64,000 nucleotides of DNA, from the NCBI GenBank assembly GCA_964057225.1, contig OZ059896.1, positions 19,406,001-19,470,000 of the forward strand, read 5' to 3'. Below, piece after piece: positions 42,121 to 56,166 of the stretch. The stretch comes from Auanema rhodensis (lineage: Eukaryota; Animalia; Nematoda). A model generated the notes under the pieces. That model saw nothing but the letters and a program-made list of their open reading frames with translations. It did no database searches and was not told the origin of the DNA. Within the stretch, counting starts at the first letter, position 1. Each line of letters begins with the position of its first letter. A program made the translations under genes and the position numbers.

Positions 42121-43173
42121 ATCGAGGATATAAGTGTGAACTTATATCAGTTGATATCTCGGTGCATTTTTAAGCTAGCGCAAATCTGATAACACAGATC
42201 GACGCAGCTTAAAAATCCGCATCGAATGCACTATACTACATTGAGAAACGCTTAATACAAAAATTAGTTATGATCGTTTGAAAAATGATGCATTAGTGTA
42301 TGTTGAGTTTCCATGTACACTCAACATTGCTTCCAAAAACATTTTGACAAAAATTTTTTCGAAAAATTTCAAAATAATTTAGCAAAAAGTAGATGTTTTT
42401 AGATTCTTTTTTTCAAGGCAAAGACGATGGACAATGTTATTCAACGAAAAAATTAATTCTTCAGGGTGAAAATCGAGGATATAAGTGTGAACTTATATCA
42501 GTTGATATATCGGTGCATTTTTAAGCTAGCGCAAATCTGATAACACAGATCGACGCAGCTTAAAAATCCGCATCGAATGCACTATACTACATTGAGAAAC
42601 GCTTAATACAAAAATTAGTTATGATCGTTTGAAAAATGATGCATTAGTGTATGTTGAGTTTCCATGTACACTCAACATTGCTTCCAAAAACATTTTGACA
42701 AAAATTTTTTCGAAAAATTTCTAAATAATTTAGCAAAAAGTAGATGTTTTTAGATTCTTTTTTTCAAGGCAAAGACGATGGACAATGTTATTCAACGAAA
42801 AAATTAATTCTTCAGGGTGAAAATCGAGGATATAAGTGTGAACTTATATCAGTTGATATCTCGGTGCATTTTTAAGCTAGCGCAAATCTGATAACACAGA
42901 TCGACGCAGCTTAAAAATCCACATCGAATGCACTATACTACATTGAGAAACGCTTAATACAAAAATTAGTTATGATCGTTTGAAAAATGATGCATTAGTG
43001 TATGTTGAGTTTCCATGTACACTCAACATTGCTTCCAAAAACATTTTGACAAAAATTTTTTCGAAAAATTTCAAAATAATTTAGCAAAAAGTAGATGTTT
43101 TTAGATTCCTTCTTTCAAGGCAAAGACGATGGACAATGTTATTCAACGAAAAAATTAATTCTTCAGGGTGAAA

Positions 43174-46100
43174 ATCGAGGATATAAGTGTGAACTTATAT
43201 CAGTTGATATATCGGTGCATTTTTAAGCTAGCGCAAATCTGATAACACAGATCGACGCAGCTTAAAAATCCGCATCGAATGCACTATACTACATTGAGAA
43301 ACGCTTAATACAAAAATTAGTTATGATCGTTTGAAAAATGATGCATTAGTGTATGTTGAGTTTCCATGTACACTCAACATTGCTTCCAAAAACATTTTGA
43401 CAAAAATTTTTTCAAAAAATTTCAAAATAATTTAGCAAAAAGTAGATGTTTTTAGATTCCTTTTTTCAAGGCAAAGACGATGGACAATGTTATTCAACGA
43501 AAAAATTAATTCTTCAGGGTGAAAATCGAGGATATAAGTGTGAACTTATATCAGTTGATATCTCGGTGCATTTCTAAGCTAGCGCAAATCTGATAACACA
43601 GATCGACGCAGCTTAAAAATCCGCATCGAATGCACTATACTACATTGAGAAACGCTTAATACAAAAATTAGTTATGATCGTTTGAAAAATGATGCATTAG
43701 TGTATGTTGAGTTTCCATGTACACTCAACATTGCTTCCAAAAACATTTTGACAAAAATTTTTTCGAAAAATTTCAAAATAATTTAGCAAAAAGTAGATGT
43801 TCTTAGATTCCTTTTTTCAAGGCAAAGACGATGGACATTGTTATTCAACGAAAAAATTAATTCTTCAGGGTGAAAATCGAGGATATAAGTGTGAACTTAT
43901 ATCAGTTGATATCTCGGTGCATTTTTAAGCTAGCGCAAATCTGATAACACAGATCGACGCAGCTTAAAAATCCGCATCGAATGCACTATACTACATTGAG
44001 AAACGCTTAATACAAAAATTAGTTATGATCGTTTGAAAAATGATGCATTAGTGTATGTTGAGTTTCCATGTACACTCAACATTGCTTCCAAAAACATTTT
44101 GACAAAAATTTTTTCGAAAAATTTCAAAATAATTTAGCAAAAAGTAGATGTTTTTAGATTCCTTTTTTCAAGGCAAAGACGATGGACAATGTTATTCAAC
44201 GAAAAAATTAATTCTTCAGGGTGAAAATCGAGGATATAAGTGTGAACTTATATCAGTTGATATATCGGTGCATTTTTAAGCTAGCGCAAATCTGATAACA
44301 CAGATCGACGCAGCTTAAAAATCCGCATCGAATGCACTATACTACATTGAGAAACGCTTAATACAAAAATTAGTTATGATCGTTTGAAAAATGATGCATT
44401 AGTGTATGTTGAGTTTCCATGTACACTCAACATTGCTTCCAAAAACATTTTGACAAAAATTTTTTCAAAAAATTTCAAAATAATTTAGCAAAAAGTAGAT
44501 GTTTTTAGATTCCTTTTTTCAAGGCAAAGACGATGGACAATGTTATTCAACGAAAAAATTAATTCTTCAGGGTGAAAATCGAGGATATAAGTGTGAACTT
44601 ATATCAGTTGATATCTCGGTGCATTTCTAAGCTAGCGCAAATCTGATAACACAGATCGACGCAGCTTAAAAATCCGCATCGAATGCACTATACTACATTG
44701 AGAAACGCTTAATACAAAAATTAGTTATGATCGTTTGAAAAATGATGCATTAGTGTATGTTGAGTTTCCATGTACACTCAACATTGCTTCCAAAAACATT
44801 TTGACAAAAATTTTTTCGAAAAATTTCAAAATAATTTAGCAAAAAGTAGATGTTCTTAGATTCCTTTTTTCAAGGCAAAGACGATGGACATTGTTATTCA
44901 ACGAAAAAATTAATTCTTCAGGGTGAAAATCGAGGATATAAGTGTGAACTTATATCAGTTGATATCTCGGTGCATTTTTAAGCTAGCGCAAATCTGATAA
45001 CACAGATCGACGCAGCTTAAAAATCCGCATCGAATGCACTATACTACATTGAGAAACGCTTAATACAAAAATTAGTTATGATCGTTTGAAAAATGATGCA
45101 TTAGTGTATGTTGAGTTTCCATGTACACTCAACATTGCTTCCAAAAACATTTTGACAAAAATTTTTTCGAAAAATTTCAAAATAATTTAGCAAAAAGTAG
45201 ATGTTTTTAGATTCCTTTTTTCAAGGCAAAGACGATGGACAATGTTATTCAACGAAAAAATTAATTCTTCAGGGTGAAAATCGAGGATATAAGTGTGAAC
45301 TTATATCAGTTGATATCTCGGTGCATTTTTAAGCTAGCGCAAATCTGATAACACAGATCGACGCAGCTTAAAAATCCGCATCGAATGCACTATACTACAT
45401 TGAGAAACGCTTAATACAAAAATTAGTTATGATCGTTTGAAAAATGATGCATTAGTGTATGTTGAGTTTCCATGTACACTCAACATTGCTTCCAAAAACA
45501 TTTTGACAAAAATTTTTTCGAAAAATTTCTAAATAATTTAGCAAAAAGTAGATGTTTTTAGATTCTTTTTTTCAAGGCAATAACGATGGACAATGTTATT
45601 CAACGAAAAAATTAATTCTTCAGGGTGAAAATCGAGGATATAAGTGTGAACTTATATCAGTTGATATCTCGGTGCATTTTTAAGCTAGCGCAAATCTGAT
45701 AACACAGATCGACGCAGCTTAAAAATCCACATCGAATGCACTATACTACATTGAGAAACGCTTAATACAAAAATTAGTTATGATCGTTTGAAAAATGATG
45801 CATTAGTGTATGTTGAGTTTCCATGTACACTCAACATTGCTTCCAAAAACATTTTGACAAAAATTTTTTCAAAAAATTTCAAAATAATTCAGCAAAAAGT
45901 AGATGTTTTTAGATTCCTTTTTTCAAGGCAAAGACGATGGACAATGTTATTCAACGAAAAAATTAATTCTTCAGGGTGAAAATCGAGGATATAAGTGTGA
46001 ACTTATATCAGTTGATATCTCGGTGCATTTCTAAGCTAGCGCAAATCTGATAACACAGATCGACGCAGCTTAAAAATCCGCATCGAATGCACTATACTAC

Positions 46101-47736
46101 ATTGAGAAACGCTTAATACAAAAATTAGTTATGATCGTTTGAAAAATGATGCATTAGTGTATGTTGAGTTTCCATGTACACTCAACATTGCTTCCAAAAA
46201 CATTTTGACAAAAATTTTTTCGAAAAATTTCAAAATAATTTAGCAAAAAGTAGATGTTCTTAGATTCCTTTTTTCAAGGCAAAGACGATGGACATTGTTA
46301 TTCAACGAAAAAATTAATTCTTCAGGGTGAAAATCGAGGATATAAGTGTGAACTTATATCAGTTGATATCTCGGTGCATTTTTAAGCTAGCGCAAATCTG
46401 ATAACACAGATCGACGCAGCTTAAAAATCCGCATCGAATGCACTATACTACATTGAGAAACGCTTAATACAAAAATTAGTTATGATCGTTTGAAAAATGA
46501 TGCATTAGTGTATGTTGAGTTTCCATGTACACTCAACATTGCTTCCAAAAACATTTTGACAAAAATTTTTTCGAAAAATTTCAAAATAATTTAGCAAAAA
46601 GTAGATGTTTTTAGATTCCTTTTTTCAAGGCAAAGACGATGGACAATGTTATTCAACGAAAAAATTAATTCTTCAGGGTGAAAATCGAGGATATAAGTGT
46701 GAACTTATATCAGTTGATATATCGGTGCATTTTTAAGCTAGCGCAAATCTGATAACACAGATCGACGCAGCTTAAAAATCCGCATCGAATGCACTATACT
46801 ACATTGAGAAACGCTTAATACAAAAATTAGTTATGATCGTTTGAAAAATGATGCATTAGTGTATGTTGAGTTTCCATGTACACTCAACATTGCTTCCAAA
46901 AACATTTTGACAAAAATTTTTTCAAAAAATTTCAAAATAATTTAGCAAAAAGTAGATGTTTTTAGATTCCTTTTTTCAAGGCAAAGACGATGGACAATGT
47001 TATTCAACGAAAAAATTAATTCTTCAGGGTGAAAATCGAGGATATAAGTGTGAACTTATATCAGTTGATATCTCGGTGCATTTCTAAGCTAGCGCAAATC
47101 TGATAACACAGATCGACGCAGCTTAAAAATCCGCATCGAATGCACTATACTACATTGAGAAACGCTTAATACAAAAATTAGTTATGATCGTTTGAAAAAT
47201 GATGCATTAGTGTATGTTGAGTTTCCATGTACACTCAACATTGCTTCCAAAAACATTTTGACAAAAATTTTTTCGAAAAATTTCAAAATAATTTAGCAAA
47301 AAGTAGATGTTCTTAGATTCCTTTTTTCAAGGCAAAGACGATGGACATTGTTATTCAACGAAAAAATTAATTCTTCAGGGTGAAAATCGAGGATATAAGT
47401 GTGAACTTATATCAGTTGATATCTCGGTGCATTTTTAAGCTAGCGCAAATCTGATAACACAGATCGACGCAGCTTAAAAATCCGCATCGAATGCACTATA
47501 CTACATTGAGAAACGCTTAATACAAAAATTAGTTATGATCGTTTGAAAAATGATGCATTAGTGTATGTTGAGTTTCCATGTACACTCAACATTGCTTCCA
47601 AAAACATTTTGACAAAAATTTTTTCGAAAAATTTCAAAATAATTTAGCAAAAAGTAGATGTTTTTAGATTCCTTTTTTCAAGGCAAAGACGATGGACAAT
47701 GTTATTCAACGAAAAAATTAATTCTTCAGGGTGAAA
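43174..47736 (+). repeat. 3-monomer HOR x4, nested in a 7-monomer period
   Basis: G241A / T50C+T278C+A314T / consensus triplets at M124-126, M127-129, M131-133 and M134-136. Confidence 0.87.
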
Positions 47737-50700
47737 ATCGAGGATATAAGTGTGAACTTATATCAGTTGATATCTCGGTGCATTTTTAAGCTAGCGCAAA
47801 TCTGATAACACAGATCGACGCAGCTTAAAAATCCGCATCGAATGCACTATACTACATTGAGAAACGCTTAATACAAAAATTAGTTATGATCGTTTGAAAA
47901 ATGATGCATTAGTGTATGTTGAGTTTCCATGTACACTCAACATTGCTTCCAAAAACATTTTGACAAAAATTTTTTCGAAAAATTTCAAAATAATTTAGCG
48001 AAAAGTAGATGTTTTTAGATTCTTTTTTTCAAGGCAAAGACGATGGACAATGTTATTCAACGAAAAAATTAATTCTTCAGGGTGAAAATCGAGGATATAA
48101 GTGTGAACTTATATCAGTTGATATATCGGTGCATTTTTAAGCTAGCGCAAATCTGATAACACAGATCGACGCAGCTTAAAAATCCGCATCGAATGCACTA
48201 TACTACATTGAGAAACGCTTAATACAAAAATTAGTTATGATCGTTTGAAAAATGATGCATTAGTGTATGTTGAGTTTCCATGTACACTCAACATTGCTTC
48301 CAAAAACATTTTGACAAAAATTTTTTCGAAAAATTTCTAAATAATTTAGCAAAAAGTAGATGTTTTTAGATTCTTTTTTTCAAGGCAATAACGATGGACA
48401 ATGTTATTCAACGAAAAAATTAATTCTTCAGGGTGAAAATCGAGGATATAAGTGTGAACTTATATCAGTTGATATCTCGGTGCATTTTTAAGCTAGCGCA
48501 AATCTGATAACACAGATCGACGCAGCTTAAAAATCCACATCGAATGCACTATACTACATTGAGAAACGCTTAATACAAAAATTAGTTATGATCGTTTGAA
48601 AAATGATGCATTAGTGTATGTTGAGTTTCCATGTACACTCAACATTGCTTCCAAAAACATTTTGACAAAAATTTTTTCGAAAAATTTCAAAATAATTTAG
48701 CAAAAAGTAGATGTTTTTAGATTCCTTCTTTCAAGGCAAAGACGATGGACAATGTTATTCAACGAAAAAATTAATTCTTCAGGGTGAAAATCGAGGATAT
48801 AAGTGTGAACTTATATCAGTTGATATATCGGTGCATTTTTAAGCTAGCGCAAATCTGATAACACAGATCGACGCAGCTTAAAAATCCGCATCGAATGCAC
48901 TATACTACATTGAAAAACGCTTAATACAAAAATTAGTTATGATCGTTTGAAAAATGATGCATTAGTGTATGTTGAGTTTCCATGTACACTCAACATTGCT
49001 TCCAAAAACATTTTGACAAAAATTTTTTCAAAAAATTTCAAAATAATTTAGCAAAAAGTAGATGTTTTTAGATTCCTTTTTTTCAAGGCAAAGACGATGG
49101 ACAATGTTATTCAACGAAAAAATTAATTCTTCAGGGTGAAAATCGAGGATATAAGTGTGAACTTATATCAGTTGATATCTCGGTGCATTTTTAAGCTAGC
49201 GCAAATCTGATAACACAGATCGACGCAGCTTAAAAATCCACATCGAATGCACTATACTACATTGAGAAACGCTTAATACAAAAATTAGTTATGATCGTTT
49301 GAAAAATGATGCATTAGTGTATGTTGAGTTTCCATGTACACTCAACATTGCTTCCAAAAACATTTTGACAAAAATTTTTTCGAAAAATTTCAAAATAATT
49401 TAGCAAAAAGTAGATGTTTTTAGATTCCTTCTTTCAAGGCAAAGACGATGGACAATGTTATTCAACGAAAAAATTAATTCTTCAGGGTGAAAATCGAGGA
49501 TATAAGTGTGAACTTATATCAGTTGATATATCGGTGCATTTTTAAGCTAGCGCAAATCTGATAACACAGATCGACGCAGCTTAAAAATCCGCATCGAATG
49601 CACTATACTACATTGAAAAACGCTTAATACAAAAATTTGTTATGATCGTTTGAAAAATGATGCATTAGTGTATGTTGAGTTTCCATGTACACTCAACATT
49701 GCTTCCAAAAACATTTTGACAAAAATTTTTTCAAAAAATTTCAAAATAATTTAGCAAAAAGTAGATGTTTTTAGATTCCTTTTTTTCAAGGCAAAGACGA
49801 TGGACAATGTTATTCAACGAAAAAATTAATTCTTCAGGGTGAAAATCGAGGATATAAGTGTGAACTTATATCAGTTGATATCTCGGTGCATTTTTAAGCT
49901 AGCGCAAATCTGATAACACAGATCGACGCAGCTTAAAAATCCGCATCGAATGCACTATACTACATTGAGAAACGCTTAATACAAAAATTAGTTATGATCG
50001 TTTGAAAAATGATGCATTAGTGTATGTTGAGTTTCCATGTACACTCAACATTGCTTCCAAAAACATTTTGACAAAAATTTTTTCGAAAAATTTCAAAATA
50101 ATTTAGCGAAAAGTAGATGTTTTTAGATTCTTTTTTACAAGGCAAAGACGATGGACAATGTTATTCAACGAAAAAATTAATTCTTCAGGGTGAAAATCGA
50201 GGATATAAGTGTGAACTTATATCAGTTGATATATCGGTGCATTTTTAAGCTAGCGCAAATCTGATAACACAGATCGACGCAGCTTAAAAATTCGCATCGA
50301 ATGCACTATACTACATTGAGAAACGCTTAATACAAAAATTAGTTATGATCGTTTGAAAAATGATGCATTAGTGTATGTTGAGTTTCCATGTACACTCAAC
50401 ATTGCTTCCAAAAACATTTTGACAAAAATTTTTTCGAAAAATTTCTAAATAATTTAGCAAAAAGTAGATGTTTTTAGATTCTTTTTTTCAAGGCAATAAC
50501 GATGGACAATGTTATTCAACGAAAAAATTAATTCTTCAGGGTGAAAATCGAGGATATAAGTGTGAACTTATATCAGTTGATATCTCGGTGCATTTTTAAG
50601 CTAGCGCAAATCTGATAACACAGATCGACGCAGCTTAAAAATCCACATCGAATGCACTATACTACATTGAGAAACGCTTAATACAAAAATTAGTTATGAT

Positions 50701-50897
50701 CGTTTGAAAAATGATGCATTAGTGTATGTTGAGTTTCCATGTACACTCAACATTGCTTCCAAAAACATTTTGACAAAAATTTTTTCGAAAAATTTCAAAA
50801 TAATTTAGCAAAAAGTAGATGTTTTTAGATTCCTTCTTTCAAGGCAAAGACGATGGACAATGTTATTCAACGAAAAAATTAATTCTTCAGGGTGAAA

Positions 50898-53800
50898 ATC
50901 GAGGATATAAGTGTGAACTTATATCAGTTGATATATCGGTGCATTTTTAAGCTAGCGCAAATCTGATAACACAGATCGACGCAGCTTAAAAATCCGCATC
51001 GAATGCACTATACTACATTGAAAAACGCTTAATACAAAAATTAGTTATGATCGTTTGAAAAATGATGCATTAGTGTATGTTGAGTTTCCATGTACACTCA
51101 ACATTGCTTCCAAAAACATTTTGACAAAAATTTTTTCAAAAAATTTCAAAATAATTTAGCAAAAAGTAGATGTTTTTAGATTCCTTTTTTTCAAGGCAAA
51201 GACGATGGACAATGTTATTCAACGAAAAAATTAATTCTTCAGGGTGAAAATCGAGGATATAAGTGTGAACTTATATCAGTTGATATCTCGGTGCATTTTT
51301 AAGCTAGCGCAAATCTGATAACACAGATCGACGCAGCTTAAAAATCCGCATCGAATGCACTATACTACATTGAGAAACGCTTAATACAAAAATTAGTTAT
51401 GATCGTTTGAAAAATGATGCATTAGTGTATGTTGAGTTTCCATGTACACTCAACATTGCTTCCAAAAACATTTTGACAAAAATTTTTTCGAAAAATTTCA
51501 AAATAATTTAGCAAAAAGTAGATGTTCTTAGATTCCTTTTTTCAAGGCAAAGACGATGGACATTGTTATTCAACGAAAAAATTAATTCTTCAGGGTGAAA
51601 ATCGAGGATATAAGTGTGAACTTATATCAGTTGATATATCGGTGCATTTTTAAGCTAGCGCAAATCTGATAACACAGATCGACGCAGCTTAAAAATCCGC
51701 ATCGAATGCACTATACTACATTGAGAAACGCTTAATACAAAAATTAGTTATGATCGTTTGAAAAATGATGCATTAGTGTATGTTGAGTTTCCATGTACAC
51801 TAAACATTGCTTCCAAAAACATTTTGACAAAAATTTTTTCGAAAAATTTCAAAATAATTTAGCAAAAAGTAGATGTTTTTAGATTCCTTTTTTTCAAGGC
51901 AAAGACGATGGACAATGTTATTCAACGAAAAAATTAATTCTTCAGGGTGAAAATCGAGGATATAAGTGTGAACTTATATCAGTTGATATCTCGGTGCATT
52001 TTTAAGCTAGCGCAAATCTGATAACACAGATCGACGCAGCTTAAAAATCCGCATCGAATGCACTATACTATATTGAGAAACGCTTAATACAAAAATTAGT
52101 TATGATCGTTTGAAAAATGATGCATTAGTGTATGTTGAGTTTCCATGTACACTCAACATTGCTTCCAAAAACATTTTGACAAAAATTTTTTCGAAAAATT
52201 TCAAAATAATTTAGCAAAAAGTAGATGTTCTTAGATTCCTTTTTTCAAGGCAAAGACGATGGACATTGTTATTCAACGAAAAAATTAATTCTTCAGGGTG
52301 AAAATCGAGGATATAAGTGTGAACTTATATCAGTTGATATATCGGTGCATTTTTAAGCTAGCGCAAATCTGATAACACAGATCGACGCAGCTTAAAAATC
52401 CGCATCGAATGCACTATACTACATTGAGAAACGCTTAATACAAAAATTAGTTATGATCGTTTGAAAAATGATGCATTAGTGTATGTTGAGTTTCCATGTA
52501 CACTCAACATTGCTTCCAAAAACATTTTGACAAAAATTTTTTCGAAAAATTTCAAAATAATTTAGCAAAAAGTAGATGTTTTTAGATTCCTTCTTTCAAG
52601 GCAAAGACGATGGACAATGTTATTCAACGAAAAAATTAATTCTTCAGGGTGAAAATCGAGGATATAAGTGTGAACTTATATCAGTTGATATATCGGTGCA
52701 TTTTTAAGCTAGCGCAAATCTGATAACACAGATGGACGCAGCTTAAAAATCCGCATCGAATGCACTATACTACATTGAAAAACGCTTAATACAAAAATTA
52801 GTTATGATCGTTTGAAAAATGATGCATTAGTGTATGTTGAGTTTCCATGTACACTCAACATTGCTTCCAAAAACATTTTGACAAAAATTTTTTCAAAAAA
52901 TTTCAAAATAATTTAGCAAAAAGTAGATGTTTTTAGATTCCTTTTTTTCAAGGCAAAGACGATGGACAATGTTATTCAACGAAAAAATTAATTCTTCAGG
53001 GTGAAAATCGAGGATATAAGTGTGAACTTATATCAGTTGATATCTCGGTGCATTTTTAAGCTAGCGCAAATCTGATAACACAGATCGACGCAGCTTAAAA
53101 ATCCGCATCGAATGCACTATACTACATTGAGAAACGCTTAATACAAAAATTAGTTATGATCGTTTGAAAAATGATGCATTAGTGTATGTTGAGTTTCCAT
53201 GTACACTCAACATTGCTTCCAAAAACATTTTGACAAAAATTTTTTCGAAAAATTTCAAAATAATTTAGCAAAAATTAGATGTTCTTAGATTCCTTTTTTC
53301 AAGGCAAAGACGATGGACATTGTTATTCAACGAAAAAATTAATTCTTCAGGGTGAAAATCGAGGATATAAGTGTGAACTTATATCAGTTGATATATCGGT
53401 GCATTTTTAAGCTAGCGCAAATCTGATAACACAGATCGACGCAGCTTAAAAATCCGCATCGAATGCACTATACTACATTGAGAAACGCTTAATACAAAAA
53501 TTAGTTATGATCGTTTGAAAAATGATGCATTAGTGTATGTTGAGTTTCCATGTACACTAAACATTGCTTCCAAAAACATTTTGACAAAAATTTTTTCGAA
53601 AAATTTCAAAATAATTTAGCAAAAAGTAGATGTTTTTAGATTCCTTTTTTTCAAGGCAAAGACGATGGACAATGTTATTCAACGAAAAAATTAATTCTTC
53701 AGGGTGAAAATCGAGGATATAAGTGTGAACTTATATCAGTTGATATCTCGGTGCATTTTTAAGCTAGCGCAAATCTGATAACACAGATCGACGCAGCTTA

Positions 53801-54060
53801 AAAATCCGCATCGAATGCACTATACTACATTGAGAAACGCTTAATACAAAAATTAGTTATGATCGTTTGAAAAATGATGCATTAGTGTATGTTGAGTTTC
53901 CATGTACACTCAACATTGCTTCCAAAAACATTTTGACAAAAATTTTTTCGAAAAATTTCAAAATAATTTAGCAAAAAGTAGATGTTCTTAGATTCCTTTT
54001 TTCAAGGCAAAGACGATGGACATTGTTATTCAACGAAAAAATTAATTCTTCAGGGTGAAA
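50898..54060 (+). repeat. 5-monomer-period duplication containing 352-bp monomers
   Basis: M146-M149 resemble M151-M154: G125A+G241A with +T, then T278C+A314T, then C202A with +T, then T278C+A314T. Confidence 0.82.
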
Positions 54061-56166
54061 ATCGAGGATATAAGTGTGAACTTATATCAGTTGATATATC
54101 GGTGCATTTTTAAGCTAGCGCAAATCTGATAACACAGATCGACGCAGCTTAAAAATCCGCATCGAATGCACTATACTACATTGAGAAACGCTTAATACAA
54201 AAATTAGTTATGATCGTTTGAAAAATGATGCATTAGTGTATGTTGAGTTTCCATGTACACTAAACATTGCTTCCAAAAACATTTTGACAAAAATTTTTTC
54301 GAAAAATTTCAAAATAATTTAGCAAAAAGTAGATGTTTTTAGATTTCTTTTTTCAAGGCAAAGACGATGGACAATGTTATTCAACGAAAAAATTAATTCT
54401 TCAGGGTGAAAATCGAGGATATAAGTGTGAACTTATATCAGTTGATATATCGGTGCATTTTTAAGCTAGCGCAAATCTGATAACACAGATCGACGCAGCT
54501 TAAAAATCCGCATCGAATGCACTATACTACATTGAGAAACGCTTAATACAAAAATTAGTTATGATCGTTTGAAAAATGATGCATTAGTGTATGTTGAGTT
54601 TCCATGTACACTCAACATTGCTTCCAAAAACATTTTGACAAAAATTTTTTCGAAAAATTTCTAAATAATTTAGCAAAAAGTAGATGTTTTTAGATTCCTT
54701 TTTTCAAGGCAAAGACGATGGACAATGTTATTCAACGAAAAAATTAATTCTTCAGGGTGAAAATCGAGGATATAAGTGTGAACTTATATCAGTTGATATA
54801 TCGGTGCATTTTTAAGCTAGCGCAAATCTGATAACACAGATCGACGCAGCTTAAAAATCCGCATCGAATGCACTATACTACATTGAGAAACGCTTAATAC
54901 AAAAATTAGTTTTGATCGTTTGAAAAATGATGCATTAGTGTATGTTGAGTTTCCATGTACACTCAACATTGCTTCCAAAAACATTTTGACAAAAATTTTT
55001 TCGAAAAATTTCTAAATAATTTAGCAAAAAGTAGATGTTTTTAGATTCTTTTTTTCAAGGCAAAGACGATGGACAATGTTATTCAACGAAAAAATTAATT
55101 CTTCAGGGTGAAAATCGAGGATATAAGTGTGAACTTATATCAGTTGATATCTCGGTGCATTTTTAAGCTAGCGCAAATTTGATAACACAGATCGACGCAG
55201 CTTAAAAATCCGCATCGAATGCACTATACTACATTGAGAAACGCTTAATACAAAAATTAGTTATGATCGTTTGAAAAATGATGCATTAGTGTATGTTGAG
55301 TTTCCATGTACACTCAACATTGCTTCCAAAAACATTTTGACAAAAATTTTTTCGAAAAATTTCTAAATAATTTAGCAAAAAGTAGATGTTTTTAGATTCC
55401 TTTTTTCAAGGCAAAGACGATGGACAATGTTATTCAACGAAAAAATTAATTCTTCAGGGTGAAAATCGAGGATATAAGTGTGAACTTATATCAGTTGATA
55501 TATCGGTGCATTTTTAAGCTAGCGCAAATCTGATAACACAGATCGACGCAGCTTAAAAATCCGCATCGAATGCACTATACTACATTGAGAAACGCTTAAT
55601 ACAAAAATTAGTTATGATCGTTTGAAAAATGATGCATTAGTGTATGTTGAGTTTCCATGTACACTCAACATTGCTTCCAAAAACATTTTGACAAAAATTT
55701 TTTCGAAAAATTTCTAAATAATTTAGCAAAAAGTAGATGTTTTTAGATTCTTTTTTTCAAGGCAAAGACGATGGACAATGTTATTCAACGAAAAAATTAA
55801 TTCTTCAGGGTGAAAATCGAGGATATAAGTGTGAACTTATATCAGTTGATATCTCGGTGCATTTTTAAGCTAGCGCAAATTTGATAACACAGATCGACGC
55901 AGCTTAAAAATCCGCATCGAATGCACTATACTACATTGAGAAACGCTTAATACAAAAATTAGTTATGATCGTTTGAAAAATGATGCATTAGTGTATGTTG
56001 AGTTTCCATGTACACTCAACATTGCTTCCAAAAACATTTTGACAAAAATTTTTTCGAAAAATTTCAAAATAATTTAGCAAAAAGTAGATGTTTTTAGATT
56101 CCTTTTTTCAAGGCAAAGACGATGGACAATGTTATTCAACGAAAAAATTAATTCTTCAGGGTGAAA

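Noticed and set aside
45788-45979. 63-aa ORF from the ORF track
   Set aside because: It starts at TTG and exists only because a private T>C at 45890 (monomer 260) turns the TAG found in all other monomers into CAG. It has no recognisable domain and is a chance product of the repeat.
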